DNA of 61,744 nt, filler included, from Corallochytrium limacisporum Hawaii (lineage: Eukaryota > Protista > Pluriformea): NCBI GenBank assembly GCA_002811645.1. It is 4 parts of 4 records of this genome, joined end to end, with 100 filler letters (N's around TTAATTAATTAA, not from the genome) between each part and the next. Parts side by side here need not be neighbours in the genome. Positions count along the whole stretch, not along the records: positions 32,029 to 43,675 come from PDIP01000193.1; 3 more parts are not named here. One strand, 5' to 3'. Positions 33,369 to 43,775 of this stretch are shown here, piece after piece. The position numbers were made by a program, and so were the translations under genes. The notes under the pieces were generated by a model, which saw only the letters and a list, made by a program, of their open reading frames with translations, made no database searches and had not been told where the DNA came from. Each line of letters starts with the position of its first letter. Position 1 is the first letter of the stretch.

Positions 33369-33432
33369 CATGCCACTTAGATCATGATCGAAACAATGCA
33401 AAAGCTCTTCTCAACAACCACCCGCTGGGAAT
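33369..33432 (+). repeat. 64-bp subtelomeric direct repeat, copy 2
   Basis: 60/64 identical to 32276-32339. Confidence 0.9.
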
Positions 33433-33653
33433 AACCATTGCGCAACGGATTCCAAGACATAGGACTTTTTCAACTTTGACCGGGAAGCAAACATGCACGA
33501 CCGATTTTAGAAGACATTGCACTTTTTCAACTACCCTAGGATACTGCCGCAATCGCAACCGCAAAGGATAGATCTATAACATCCAAGGGAGACAAATTTC
33601 TTACAAACAGATAAGCATATGAGTGGACACGAAAGTTTTCAGTGGTTTGCGAT

Positions 33654-34072
33654 GGGGAGAGGGGAGAGGGGAGAGGGGAGNNNNNNNNNNNNNNNNNNNN
33701 NNNNNNNNNNNNNNNNNNNNNNNNNNNNNNNNNNNNNNNNNNNNNNNNNNNNNNNNNNNNNNNNNNNNNNNNNNNNNNNNNNNNNNNNNNNNNNNNNNNN
33801 NNNNNNNNNNNNNNNNNNNNNNNNNNNNNNNNNNNNNNNNNNNNNNNNNNNNNNNNNNNNNNNNNNNNNNNNNNNNNNNNNNNNNNNNNNNNNNNNNNNN
33901 NNNNNNNNNNNNNNNNNNNNNNNNNNNNNNNNNNNNNNNNNNNNNNNNNNNNNNNNNNNNNNNNNNNNNNNNNNNNNNNNNNNNNNNNNNNNNNNNNNNN
34001 NNNNNNNNNNNNNNNNNNNNNNNNNNNNNNNNNGGAGAGGGGAGAGGGGAGAGGGGAGAGGGGAGAGGGGAG
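33654..34072. repeat. (GGGGAGA)n heptamer array spanning an assembly gap
   Basis: The same unit lies on both sides of the N-run at 33681-34033. Confidence 0.88.
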
Positions 34073-34299
34073 CGGGAAGCCGCATATACACGACAGTATG
34101 ACCGCTGTGTACATTGCACGAAGAGTCAGCCTTTGTATTGAGCTTGTAAGTTAGAAAATGGGTTTTCGCTCGAACAGCGATGATGCAGCGTCCCTTAGGT
34201 AAAGGTATATAATGAAGCTACGAAACCAGTCCAAAACAGTCAGTCAAACCCCAGGAAAATTTCAAGTAATCCAACGAATAGTCTAACGAAAGCTTAACG

Positions 34300-35097
34300 A
34301 TGAAGGGTGCCTACAGTATCATTGCTCTCGCTATTGTCTCGAGCGTGAGTGCAACCGATTACTGCACCGATCCGTGGGATAAATGTGATGGCGACAAAGA
34401 CACTTGCTGTAAAGGATACTGTGGTAAGGCCAACTCAACTGACAAGGAAACCAAGTGCATCCCCCAAGTACCTGAAGGTGACATCTGCTCCGATCCAACT
34501 GGCGAGTACCAGATGTGGATCTGTGCCGATCATATGCAGTGCCCTTGGAGCGACGGGCAGGTAGCACGTTGCCAAGTCACTCCCCCCGGGAAGATATACT
34601 GTGGCTTTGATTCCCGTGCTGATCCCGGTGAGCAGCTGTACTACAACCGCTACTGTGATGATACACAGTACTGTGCTCCAAATGCGAGTACTCTGTTCCC
34701 GCAGTGTTACGACTACATTGCCAAGGGAGACCAGTGCACACTACCTGGATTTGCTTACGGCTGGATAGGCAGATGTGAGGGTGATATGATTTGCAAGTTT
34801 CTTACTCCCGATAATTCCAATCCTGCAGTCTGTGTGGACCAAGACCAGTGCGTTCCACATTGGGAAAAGGGATGCTATGGTATGGATGAAGCCTGCTGCG
34901 GTGATGACTACTATTGTGATTATGCAAGTGTCGGGGACACCGAGACGAGTTGCATTCGCTACGTTCCCCTGGGTGATATATGCCAAGTACCGACCGGACT
35001 CTCTAAATATGGCATCGTGTACCAAACCTGGCAGTGCGAGAGTGGTACTTCTTGCGAACACACGCAGGGCGTCTTCCGGTGTATGGCACCCAATTGA
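34300..35097 (+). CDS. Secreted cysteine-rich protein with three internal modules
   Basis: Signal peptide MKGAYSIIALAIVSSVSA. Repeated pattern W.K.C.G...CC..YC..ET.CI..VP.GDIC..PTG..W.C. Confidence 0.82.
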   Translation: MKGAYSIIALAIVSSVSATDYCTDPWDKCDGDKDTCCKGYCGKANSTDKETKCIPQVPEGDICSDPTGEYQMWICADHMQCPWSDGQVARCQVTPPGKIYCGFDSRADPGEQLYYNRYCDDTQYCAPNASTLFPQCYDYIAKGDQCTLPGFAYGWIGRCEGDMICKFLTPDNSNPAVCVDQDQCVPHWEKGCYGMDEACCGDDYYCDYASVGDTETSCIRYVPLGDICQVPTGLSKYGIVYQTWQCESGTSCEHTQGVFRCMAPN

Positions 35098-35287
35098 TGA
35101 ACGACTCAATTATATGATGATCCTTTGTAGTTGCAGCAGCACAATCTCCACGCCGAATTCCCTCCCAGAGTATACGCGCGTTTGCGCAAATGAACTCCAC
35201 AAGAACCTCAAACGAATTTTACGCATATACTTCGGGAACAGATGAATATTTTATGTGATTACGAAAGAGTCTAATAAATCAGGTCTG

Positions 35288-36511
35288 CTATTGGTTTTCC
35301 AGAGGACTCCATCCCGTAAAATCCACAGAGCGATTAAATTCGTGAATCTCATTCCAAGTCCACACTGACTGGCGCTTAGCACCAGTGAACCCGTAACGTA
35401 GATAGCTGAGTACGATCGCTCGGAACATCTCAGGTCTGATCCCGGACGCATACACTTCCCGTTTGTACTGATCCGTGTACTTGTAGTTGTCTGAATACAG
35501 GTCCACCTTGGACAGGGGTTTCTTTGAGTTCTCCAAGCGCAACAGCGGGGTATAGTCATTAAAACTATCTACAGTCCATGATAGGGTCTTCATATTCAAG
35601 GAACCCAACCCTTTCTCAAGATCGTTCAAGGCCTTGACCAGGGGACGTAGATTGATTCTAGGCAGTTGCTTCCTCTCAACGAAGTTTACATAAGAAGTGT
35701 AGTTCACCTCCAGCTCATATCGATTGCCAGGACACAAAGTAACGACCATTTCTGGTGCACCAGCCGGTGATGTGCCATCTGCATCTGCCAAAATACTAAA
35801 CAGAGCAAAGTTGTGCAGAGTTCTTTTTGAGACAACAACATCAAGCCCGACGTCAGAAAAGTTTGCGCGATTCTCGTGGGCAAGCTGAAGATCTTCGATT
35901 ACTCGGGTGTATTCCTCCTCCCATTCGTTTCTTCGCGACTCTACATTGTCTAGCATACTCGGAAACGTCCCGAAAAAGAACTCAAACTTGTCAGAGGATT
36001 CATCCCGCTCACTCATTCGGTCTTCTAAGGGAGTGAAGAACCGAACGCGTTCCACGGCCATTAACCAGCAGCATGTCTTCAAGGCATGGTCTTCCAAAAC
36101 ACTCACTGGCTCTATACGACCTGTCTCCGCATTGCGTTTCACAAGAAGCTCCCTAAAGTCGCCTATATGAGCAATACGTTCCACAAGTTCGCGGTGTTCT
36201 AGAGCAATGTCTGGACGTACCATTGCAAACACAGCGCAAAAACCATCCACATCGTAGTGATTACAAGAGACATATTTCTTTCCTTCAAGCAATGGACTCA
36301 AATGATCATCGTCAGCCATAACCTTGAGGCACATCCCCGCTGAAGAGGAAGCAAGGTATTTACGAGGTAGTTCGCTGTATCCAGGGTGACGATGGTGTGT
36401 CAATGCCGCCGTTTCATTACCCATGCTGCAGTCCACCAGCAGCACTTCTGACAGATCTATAGCACCACTGTCGACCTGGGGATACGGAAGGTAAGCTAAA
36501 TCTGTTCTCAT
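35288..36511 (-). CDS. DHH-like uncharacterised protein (DUF6687-like)
   Basis: 407-aa ORF with LTHH, SCNHYDVDG, IAHIGDFRE and RYELEVNYTSYV. Family assignment is from memory, not from a search. Confidence 0.6.
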   Translation of the reverse strand: MRTDLAYLPYPQVDSGAIDLSEVLLVDCSMGNETAALTHHRHPGYSELPRKYLASSSAGMCLKVMADDDHLSPLLEGKKYVSCNHYDVDGFCAVFAMVRPDIALEHRELVERIAHIGDFRELLVKRNAETGRIEPVSVLEDHALKTCCWLMAVERVRFFTPLEDRMSERDESSDKFEFFFGTFPSMLDNVESRRNEWEEEYTRVIEDLQLAHENRANFSDVGLDVVVSKRTLHNFALFSILADADGTSPAGAPEMVVTLCPGNRYELEVNYTSYVNFVERKQLPRINLRPLVKALNDLEKGLGSLNMKTLSWTVDSFNDYTPLLRLENSKKPLSKVDLYSDNYKYTDQYKREVYASGIRPEMFRAIVLSYLRYGFTGAKRQSVWTWNEIHEFNRSVDFTGWSPLENQ

Positions 36512-37385
36512 AGTGAGACTGGTTTTGACTTCCCTGCTTGTGGTCTACAGTGCACGTCATCAATCTTCAGCGCTCCATCAATCTTGATACGCGCACGCCG
36601 TCAGCAAAAATACCAATCCACGCTTATCTTCCCCGACACGACAAGGCTCAGACTCGCCCTCTCCTATTTGCGCGAGACTCGTGGTCGAAACTCTCACCCA
36701 GGTCGTTCGGTATTGGCTCATATATGATTCATTGTGCGATTTGTCGTTGAAGCTTGTGGAGTCAAAATGAATTCGAGCGGATGACCGGACACAGTATTAT
36801 TGATTGACACCTGGTATTTCGATGTCTGTGGGCTCGCCTGCGCCTTCCTCCCCACGGGGGGGGCCACTCCATTCCTGGTTCTCATGTGTCCCACTCTCCT
36901 GTGGTATTAGAGTCTATGTCATTATCATGGGAATGGGCTGCCGCAGACTACGACACCCTATGTCATCGAGCTCTTGCATATAGAATAGGATAAGCATACG
37001 ACGTTGTATGTTTACATGTGACTGTGACATGAAAGGCGCAGATGGCGACACCATCAAATTGTCAAGTTCGTTGAGCATAGCGCGAAAGGATGGTATGCCC
37101 CGCCTCCCTTCGCACTTTCGTCCTCGCGACGAGGTCGAGAGATCTCCCCCTAACCCTGGGTTCAACAACATATTGCATTAGTCCTCCATAACTACATGAT
37201 AGCATTCAATAGGCATTTGTATTTAGGCGCTTTCCTGCCCAAGATTTGTACAATGACGTTGGCTTTGCTGCTTCGATGCTCCTGGAGAAAGTCCCCAATC
37301 CCAGGAAGGTGGAGGAGGTTGTGTGCATACGAATGGCTGCCTTTTCATACCTGTACCATTTTGCTATGAAAGCCTATAGAGACTT

Positions 37386-38429
37386 TCACCCAAAGTAATT
37401 GTAGAGGCGCGCCCACTGCAGATTGTAGAAATTTTTGCGCTGGTCTTCTATGTACTTTCCGAATTCAATAGGCGGGTACTTTGGCTCTTCGCCGTCCTTG
37501 ACAAAATGAGGGAAAACGGATCCTGTAATCTCGTTTAACGGATTGAAGAACCAACAAACGGAAATCGGTTCATTGTCCTTGTTTATGTGTACTCGACGGA
37601 GGCAGCTATTGTAGCTATTGTTGGTAAGCCGCTTCATGAAGTCCCCGAGGCTTACGATAAGCTGGTCCTTGCGGACTTCCGGTTCGATCCATTCCCCTTT
37701 CTTGCTAAAAACTTGGAGCCCGGGATTGTCACCCGCGCTTAACACAGTCAGCCACCCAAAATCGGAATGAGCATCCATGCCAAAGGGATCCTTGGCTGTC
37801 TTTGAGATGAGATCCTGGTGGTACAATGTGATGCGCAAACGATCGTTCACGGGGTATCGCCGGTCATTGCCAAAATACTCACGATTGAAGAATTCTTCAT
37901 CATGCTCGTATCCTACTCGCAGAGCAATGAGGCGATTGAGCTTGTAGCCAATCTCACGTAGCTCTTCTATCCAGGACAGGATCAAAGTCTTCAGCTCTGG
38001 CACCTCTTCTGGCCACGATGTGGAATTGTTGTTGTCTAGCCAAATTGGGGACACGAACACCTCATTCGTGCAATTTCCGGGTCTATGGAGACCAAGATAT
38101 CCAGGGAAGGTGTCATCTACAGGGTACTTTCTCTTCAGCTCCTCTGGGAGGCAGAAGAACTTGCGGGCAGCAGCATTCAGCCGTTCTCTTAGGTCTAGAT
38201 CAACGCCGTGGTTCTCGACCAAGAAGATCCCCACATTCCGCATTACCGCTTCCAGTTCTTCTGCTGATTGACGCTTGTGATCATCACTTGAAAAGGCCCA
38301 AGCAAGATCCAGAGTCGGGATCCCCTGGTCTCCCAAGTGATCAAAGCCACTGGTCCTCAATGCGTCGATATTCTTGACACTCTCGAGAGATTGACCAGAC
38401 TTGCTCTGTGAGATGTTTTCTGCTACCAT
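37386..38429 (-). CDS. 2-oxoglutarate/Fe(II) dioxygenase-fold protein (IPNS/DIOX_N family) with degenerate active site
   Basis: IPTLDL, GIFLVENHGV, FFCLPEELK, AHSDFGWLTVL, PGLQV and IVSLGDFMKRLTN. ATG at 38429. Confidence 0.85.
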   Translation of the reverse strand: MVAENISQSKSGQSLESVKNIDALRTSGFDHLGDQGIPTLDLAWAFSSDDHKRQSAEELEAVMRNVGIFLVENHGVDLDLRERLNAAARKFFCLPEELKRKYPVDDTFPGYLGLHRPGNCTNEVFVSPIWLDNNNSTSWPEEVPELKTLILSWIEELREIGYKLNRLIALRVGYEHDEEFFNREYFGNDRRYPVNDRLRITLYHQDLISKTAKDPFGMDAHSDFGWLTVLSAGDNPGLQVFSKKGEWIEPEVRKDQLIVSLGDFMKRLTNNSYNSCLRRVHINKDNEPISVCWFFNPLNEITGSVFPHFVKDGEEPKYPPIEFGKYIEDQRKNFYNLQWARLYNYFG

Positions 38430-41135
38430 GGTTCTGAAACTATAGTTTTCACACGAACCAAGATAAGAGCTATAGTGCACCCACCATGAAGACAAGAGTG
38501 AGTTTCTTATACCATTTTTTCCGAGATTACTGAACAGAAAGAGATCTCCCCGACCTGTAGCGTGTGCACCGCGCCCTGTCAGACGATTGTGTCCGCCCCT
38601 CCCCACCTAAGGAGTAACGTACCAAACGCGATGCACCGAGAACTGGAGCGAAAAATTTACAACCTCGGTCGTTTCGTCGAGACTGGGAGCGGGCCATAGT
38701 GGGCATATAGAGGGTGGAAGCATAGAAACCGCAAACTGAACCGAGAACGATAATCCCGCGAAATTGATTCCCAACCAGCAATGACCGGACCCCTATTTGC
38801 ATCTGTAGGGGAGTGTTTCTGTGTATCGACGGTAGAATCGACGGCGAGATGCGATTTGACGTTACGCAAGAGGCAGACGACGCACTCCCTGTAGTTCCTT
38901 CTAAAAAGTGCAAGTCAGAGCCTTTCTGCGCTCTTAGGATTCCTTCCTTTCCAAGAATATTGGGGTCGGGGTTGCCTCCCAGTCAACAGCAGAGACCACA
39001 AACTACGAAAAAAAATTAGCCAGTTCTCTTCGATATTCAGTCTGGGAAGTACGTGGTAGTACCATTTCGGTGCCTCAAGTTGATTTTGCAAATTTCCCGG
39101 GTTGGATGACCAGTACTCTCTGAGGACGAGAAGGGCCGACGAAAATGCCATATCTCACTGCGAAGCACAATGGTCACATGCGAGGCGGGAAGTTTCCTAG
39201 TCCCTGAACAAAAGTCGAGGTCAAAGCAGGCGGACGTCTTTCGCAAGTGAGGGTATAACTTGTCCAAAACATGCACGCGATGGCTGTGTTACCAGCAGCG
39301 GAATTTGCAACCATGGACGGGATCCCAAAGCTCTAGGCGAATGAGGTTCATGACAATATATTTGGTAGGGAGTGGTAGTTGCCGGCCATTTGCGACCACT
39401 GGGAGGTCATCACGCAGCGCCGGGCCAAAAATCTTGTCACAACCTACAAACAACCAGTCTGATTCATAAGCATCTCTCGAAGGCTGCACGTGTCTCCATG
39501 ATGTATGTTTCCAATCATTCAATTAGAACGGTTTCGGTACTGAGATAATATTTGCTATAAGAGGCTGGAAACAAGTTACTTGAGAAGGCGGATCCCATCC
39601 CGGTTAACAGCTATACAAGTCGATGAAGACTGTCCGCGTCAGTATTATCTACTGATAGAATATTGAACCCTGCCATTGGGCAGGTTCGTCAGGCAATGAC
39701 TTCAGAAAACACTTCCACATTGTGCTAAACACAAACTGGATTCCCAGAGGCAAAGTTTCGTCAATGAAGCAATCGCTCTGTCCACAAGATCATCTAATTT
39801 TATGTGATTCAAAAAGCGAAATTGAATTGAGTGATTCTTATTTCGCTTAAATTCAATTTCATGAGTCGCTGGTGTTAATTTGCCGTAAAATATCCTGTCC
39901 ACAGTCTAAAATACTTCAGTGTGCTGACCTAGTCTCAAAGTGGTTACGGAACAGGAGCGATATGTATATTGTTTGCTTGATTTATTAGTTTTCTTCATGA
40001 GATCGATATCACTGTGGGCTTTATATTTGATAATCACAACGGCCCTATGAATTTGGAAGATTTTGGTGCCGCATTGGTGTGTGTCGTATTGAATCGGTCC
40101 TCAAGCTTGCGATGCCACTTGTGGTGCATTAAATCGGCGAGCATAGCATATGTCTTGATACATGGTCCTATTCTCAATGTTTGAATTGTAATCGGAAGGG
40201 AAAAGTCTCGAGCTAGCTGTTTTTTCAAGTTGCTTTGCTTTTCCACGCTTCCGGTAGTGACCTCTCGCTCCATTTGTTTTGTGGTAGTTCGCTGAATGCG
40301 CACAAGTACCCGCTGCTCCCTTAGGTGAGGAGGGCCGGGCGTGCTCCGCTGTGGGGAGAGCTGGAGAGCGGGTCTCCCACGAAGTGGTGCTTTCCACACT
40401 CGACTACTTGCTTTCCACGGTCGGCTGGAGAACGAATGTTACCTATTGTATACTAGTATTTGATTTGTAATTGTGCGAGAGGTATCTGTACACTGTGCCG
40501 CAGCCAATCTGATTCCGCCAAAATTCAACGCCGCCTACTGGCCAGCTTCCATTCACATTCGTAAAGAACTGCAAGCCTATGTGCTCTCCCTTCCGGGGAT
40601 TCGAAACTGCTGTATGTTCTGCCTCAGCTACCTTGTGCCATACCCCTGGCAGCGCTTCGATTTACAATGGGATTTGTTTTCAGTCAGCTTCTTTCTTTCC
40701 GCTCCCCTTCCACTCTCTTCCACCTCTCCAGCCTTTGGCATCTTCGTTTACTCCAAGTACTCCACAATTTCTCCTACACGGATGACTCCAGGCACGCAAA
40801 TTCACTGCTCGTGTGTTAGGGGAATAACCGCCTATGACAGCGAGATAGTGGTGCTCTACACAGCCCATCCAGCTCTTCCCGGTGACTCTCGCCTGGCAAT
40901 AGCTCTACTGAAGGTAGTTTATTTCTTTACCGACACGCTGACTGCGTATTTTTGCATCGTCATAGCAAGAAATAACTGGAAGTGACTATTGTGTACAATA
41001 ATTAGGACGACATAACTGAGAAAGTAGCTACAGAATGCAGTGGGACACGGAGGACTAAGACATCTTGGAAACTAGAGCGTGGAAACAATAGAGGTAGAGT
41101 ACCGTTAAAGAAGGCCATTATTTTAAAAGGACACC

Positions 41136-41567
41136 ATGGCAGGGTATCAGTCCATGGGGGGCGAAGACGCTTCTCTTCTTGAACGTGGAAACAGTACAGG
41201 CAATATCTCAGGCCGTACCGATGCCAACTCATCGTTTGTGCGGTGGGCTGACTATGTCAGTGTATTTAGGGAAGAAGCACCAAGAGAGTACTATGCTGAA
41301 TTGGTTATGACGGTACTAGTGTTTTTAGCAGTTCTGGTTACAGCTATCCTCTCAGTGGTTCGCGCAGCTGAGGACTCGAGCATTCATGTCTTCTTTGGTA
41401 TCGCTGTGGTCATGATGGCAGTGAATGTAGTCACCCTGGTTAAATGGTATCGGGAAGGTGACCTAGAGCCCAAGTTCAAAAAACTGATTTGGTACACAGC
41501 GGCCGTGCTGATCATTCTGTGTATAGCAGCTGATGTGGAGTTTTTCCATGAGAAACCGAGGACGTAA
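41136..41567 (+). CDS. TMEM243: TMEM243-like small three-helix membrane protein
   Basis: WYREGDLEPKFKKLIWY matches the TMEM243 signature (WYRQGDLEPKFRKLIYY). Three hydrophobic segments. Confidence 0.78.
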   Translation: MAGYQSMGGEDASLLERGNSTGNISGRTDANSSFVRWADYVSVFREEAPREYYAELVMTVLVFLAVLVTAILSVVRAAEDSSIHVFFGIAVVMMAVNVVTLVKWYREGDLEPKFKKLIWYTAAVLIILCIAADVEFFHEKPRT

Positions 41568-41780
41568 CGCACTGTCCATTTAATACTTTCCTCCTGACCA
41601 TATGCCATGGACGACCATCACCGCTGGGTGGACACAATCATGCACAGGAGAGGACCTCTTTTGTGCCCGGCTCATTCACCCAACAAACCGTGATTATCGT
41701 CTGTCATATTGACACTACATTTACAACCTGTATTACACTTGTCTAAGGACTTCGAAGATGGTCACTCTCTGCGCTGTGGT

Positions 41781-42866
41781 CTATGACCCACCCTGACTTG
41801 CTCGCCTGCGTAGCAGAGGATTATTCTTCATATTGAGCTTAATATCTGGGGCCTTAAAGCGACTGTTGTCTTCTTCTGTGATCATGTCACTGGCGTCATC
41901 GTCGTCCTGGTTGCCCTCACGCACTCTCTCGGCGGCATTGGCCAGAGTAAAGACATCGTTGATGCCGTACTCCGCGTCAAACATCTTGGATACGTCTGGG
42001 GACATCAGCGAGTTGCGCAGATTCTTCTTTGCTTCAGCACTGTCTGCACTACTTCCACCGACCTGTTGCTTGACACCAACGCGCATCCATTCATGAGCAA
42101 TCATCTCCTCAATCGTAAATCGCTTTTCCATATCGACCTCAAGTAAATGACTAATCAGATTCTTGGCACTGTCACTGACCTCATCCCACCAAGGAGAAGG
42201 AAAAGTGTAGTCCCCGTTTCGTACCATGTCCAGGAGGACTGCATTGCTCTGATGATAAAAGGGAGGGAAGCCGGCCAACACTGTGTACAGAATGCATCCC
42301 ATAGACCACATGTCAGTCTTTGTAGTGTGCCATGTCTTTGACATAACCTCTGGTGCTGCATATCCCACCGTACCACAGGGAGTCTCTGTCGGCTTGTCCC
42401 AGACAATCTTGCTAACCCCGAAGTCTGCGATCTTAATAGTCAGGGGTTCACCGGGCTTTACAAGGAGGATGTTCTCGGGCTTGAGATCCCGATGCACCAC
42501 ACCATTCTTGTGCATGAACTGTACTGCTGAACCAGTCTGGAGGAAGAGATCACGGGCCTCGTCCTCATAAAAGTATGTCCGTGCCTTGATGGCATCAAAG
42601 AGTTCGCCCCCAGTCATAAGCTCCATTGCGAGCATGAAATATTCGCTGTTTTCGACATGACGGTACACGCTGCATATGTTGGGATGCTGCAGCATGGTAG
42701 CGATCTGGATCTCACTGTAGACACGTCGAGTCTGCCGGGGATTCAGGTCCGCCTTACGCAGAAGCTTCAAAGCACATGTCTTACCACTCTTCTTATCGGT
42801 GGCAATGTACACTTTGGCATACCTGCCCTTTCCGAGAACCTTTCCGACTTCAAATTCTGGCTCCAT
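41781..42866 (-). CDS. CAMK-group Ser/Thr kinase, Rck2/Srk1-like (MAPK-activated)
   Basis: LGKG, ALK, HRDLKPENIL, ADFGVSKIVWD..TPCGTVGYAAPE and YTFPSPWWDEVS. First ATG at 42866. Confidence 0.9.
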   Translation of the reverse strand: MEPEFEVGKVLGKGRYAKVYIATDKKSGKTCALKLLRKADLNPRQTRRVYSEIQIATMLQHPNICSVYRHVENSEYFMLAMELMTGGELFDAIKARTYFYEDEARDLFLQTGSAVQFMHKNGVVHRDLKPENILLVKPGEPLTIKIADFGVSKIVWDKPTETPCGTVGYAAPEVMSKTWHTTKTDMWSMGCILYTVLAGFPPFYHQSNAVLLDMVRNGDYTFPSPWWDEVSDSAKNLISHLLEVDMEKRFTIEEMIAHEWMRVGVKQQVGGSSADSAEAKKNLRNSLMSPDVSKMFDAEYGINDVFTLANAAERVREGNQDDDDASDMITEEDNSRFKAPDIKLNMKNNPLLRRRASQGGS

Positions 42867-43675
42867 TGTTCTATAGACTGACAACTTACTAAGATTCTCA
42901 AGAAGTATTTTACTGCTTTCTATGTCTTACATGCTTGTTCCGCCTGAACAGTAGAGGCTCTGTACAGCCTTTGTGAAGGCATTGGTGGTTTGTTTACGGT
43001 TCGATGTCACTTCTGGATGTCAGTCCAGAGACAGAGTTCTAGCACATTCTCTCTTGTACCATGTTGTGCTGCACGAAACATCCTCTAAGCTGTGATGGGC
43101 TTGGGCAGAATAGGTACCGAAAATGTAGCAGGTAGCATGCGCCCGGACTCACTGTTGGGCAAAGAGCGGCCGGAAGGGATTCCACAACACAACCTGTATC
43201 CCCCGGATTCGTGTCCGTAGTTCTTATGTGACTGTCGGGCACCCCGAATGGTTCGGTTCAGTCTGCCTCCTAGTATAAAAAGCCAAATTGCCAACGCTGT
43301 TGACGAACTGGCACAACACGAAACTGAGCAGCGGTTACATAAGCCAGCCCACCCCTCTCTCTGGCGGGGGCACAGTGCAACACTTTGAGCTTATTAAAGT
43401 TTCCTCACCATCCATACTGACTGAGACTGGGTGATATCGCAAGCCGTTGTACGGTGGTACCATATTTCCCACAGCACATATACTTCAGACATTTTTTTGC
43501 CGGTCCCCTCAGTATGGGCTTTGAAACTGGTGACTTTCTTTTCCTGGCCCCCAGGGGGTATAATGCGAACAATGAATGTTGGATGGGTTTTGGTGCAGGA
43601 AGGAGACTACGTTGACATTACGTGTGTTGAACTCCCCCTCCGCCCCCCCCCCCGGGGGGGGGGGGCCGGGGGGGG

Positions 43676-43775
43676 NNNNNNNNNNNNNNNNNNNNNNNNN
43701 NNNNNNNNNNNNNNNNNNNTTAATTAATTAANNNNNNNNNNNNNNNNNNNNNNNNNNNNNNNNNNNNNNNNNNNN
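43676..43775. other. Artificial contig linker
   Basis: N44-TTAATTAATTAA-N44. Confidence 0.97.

Noticed and set aside
33536-34154. ORFs spanning the N gap
   Set aside because: Artefacts of the N-run and the heptamer repeat.
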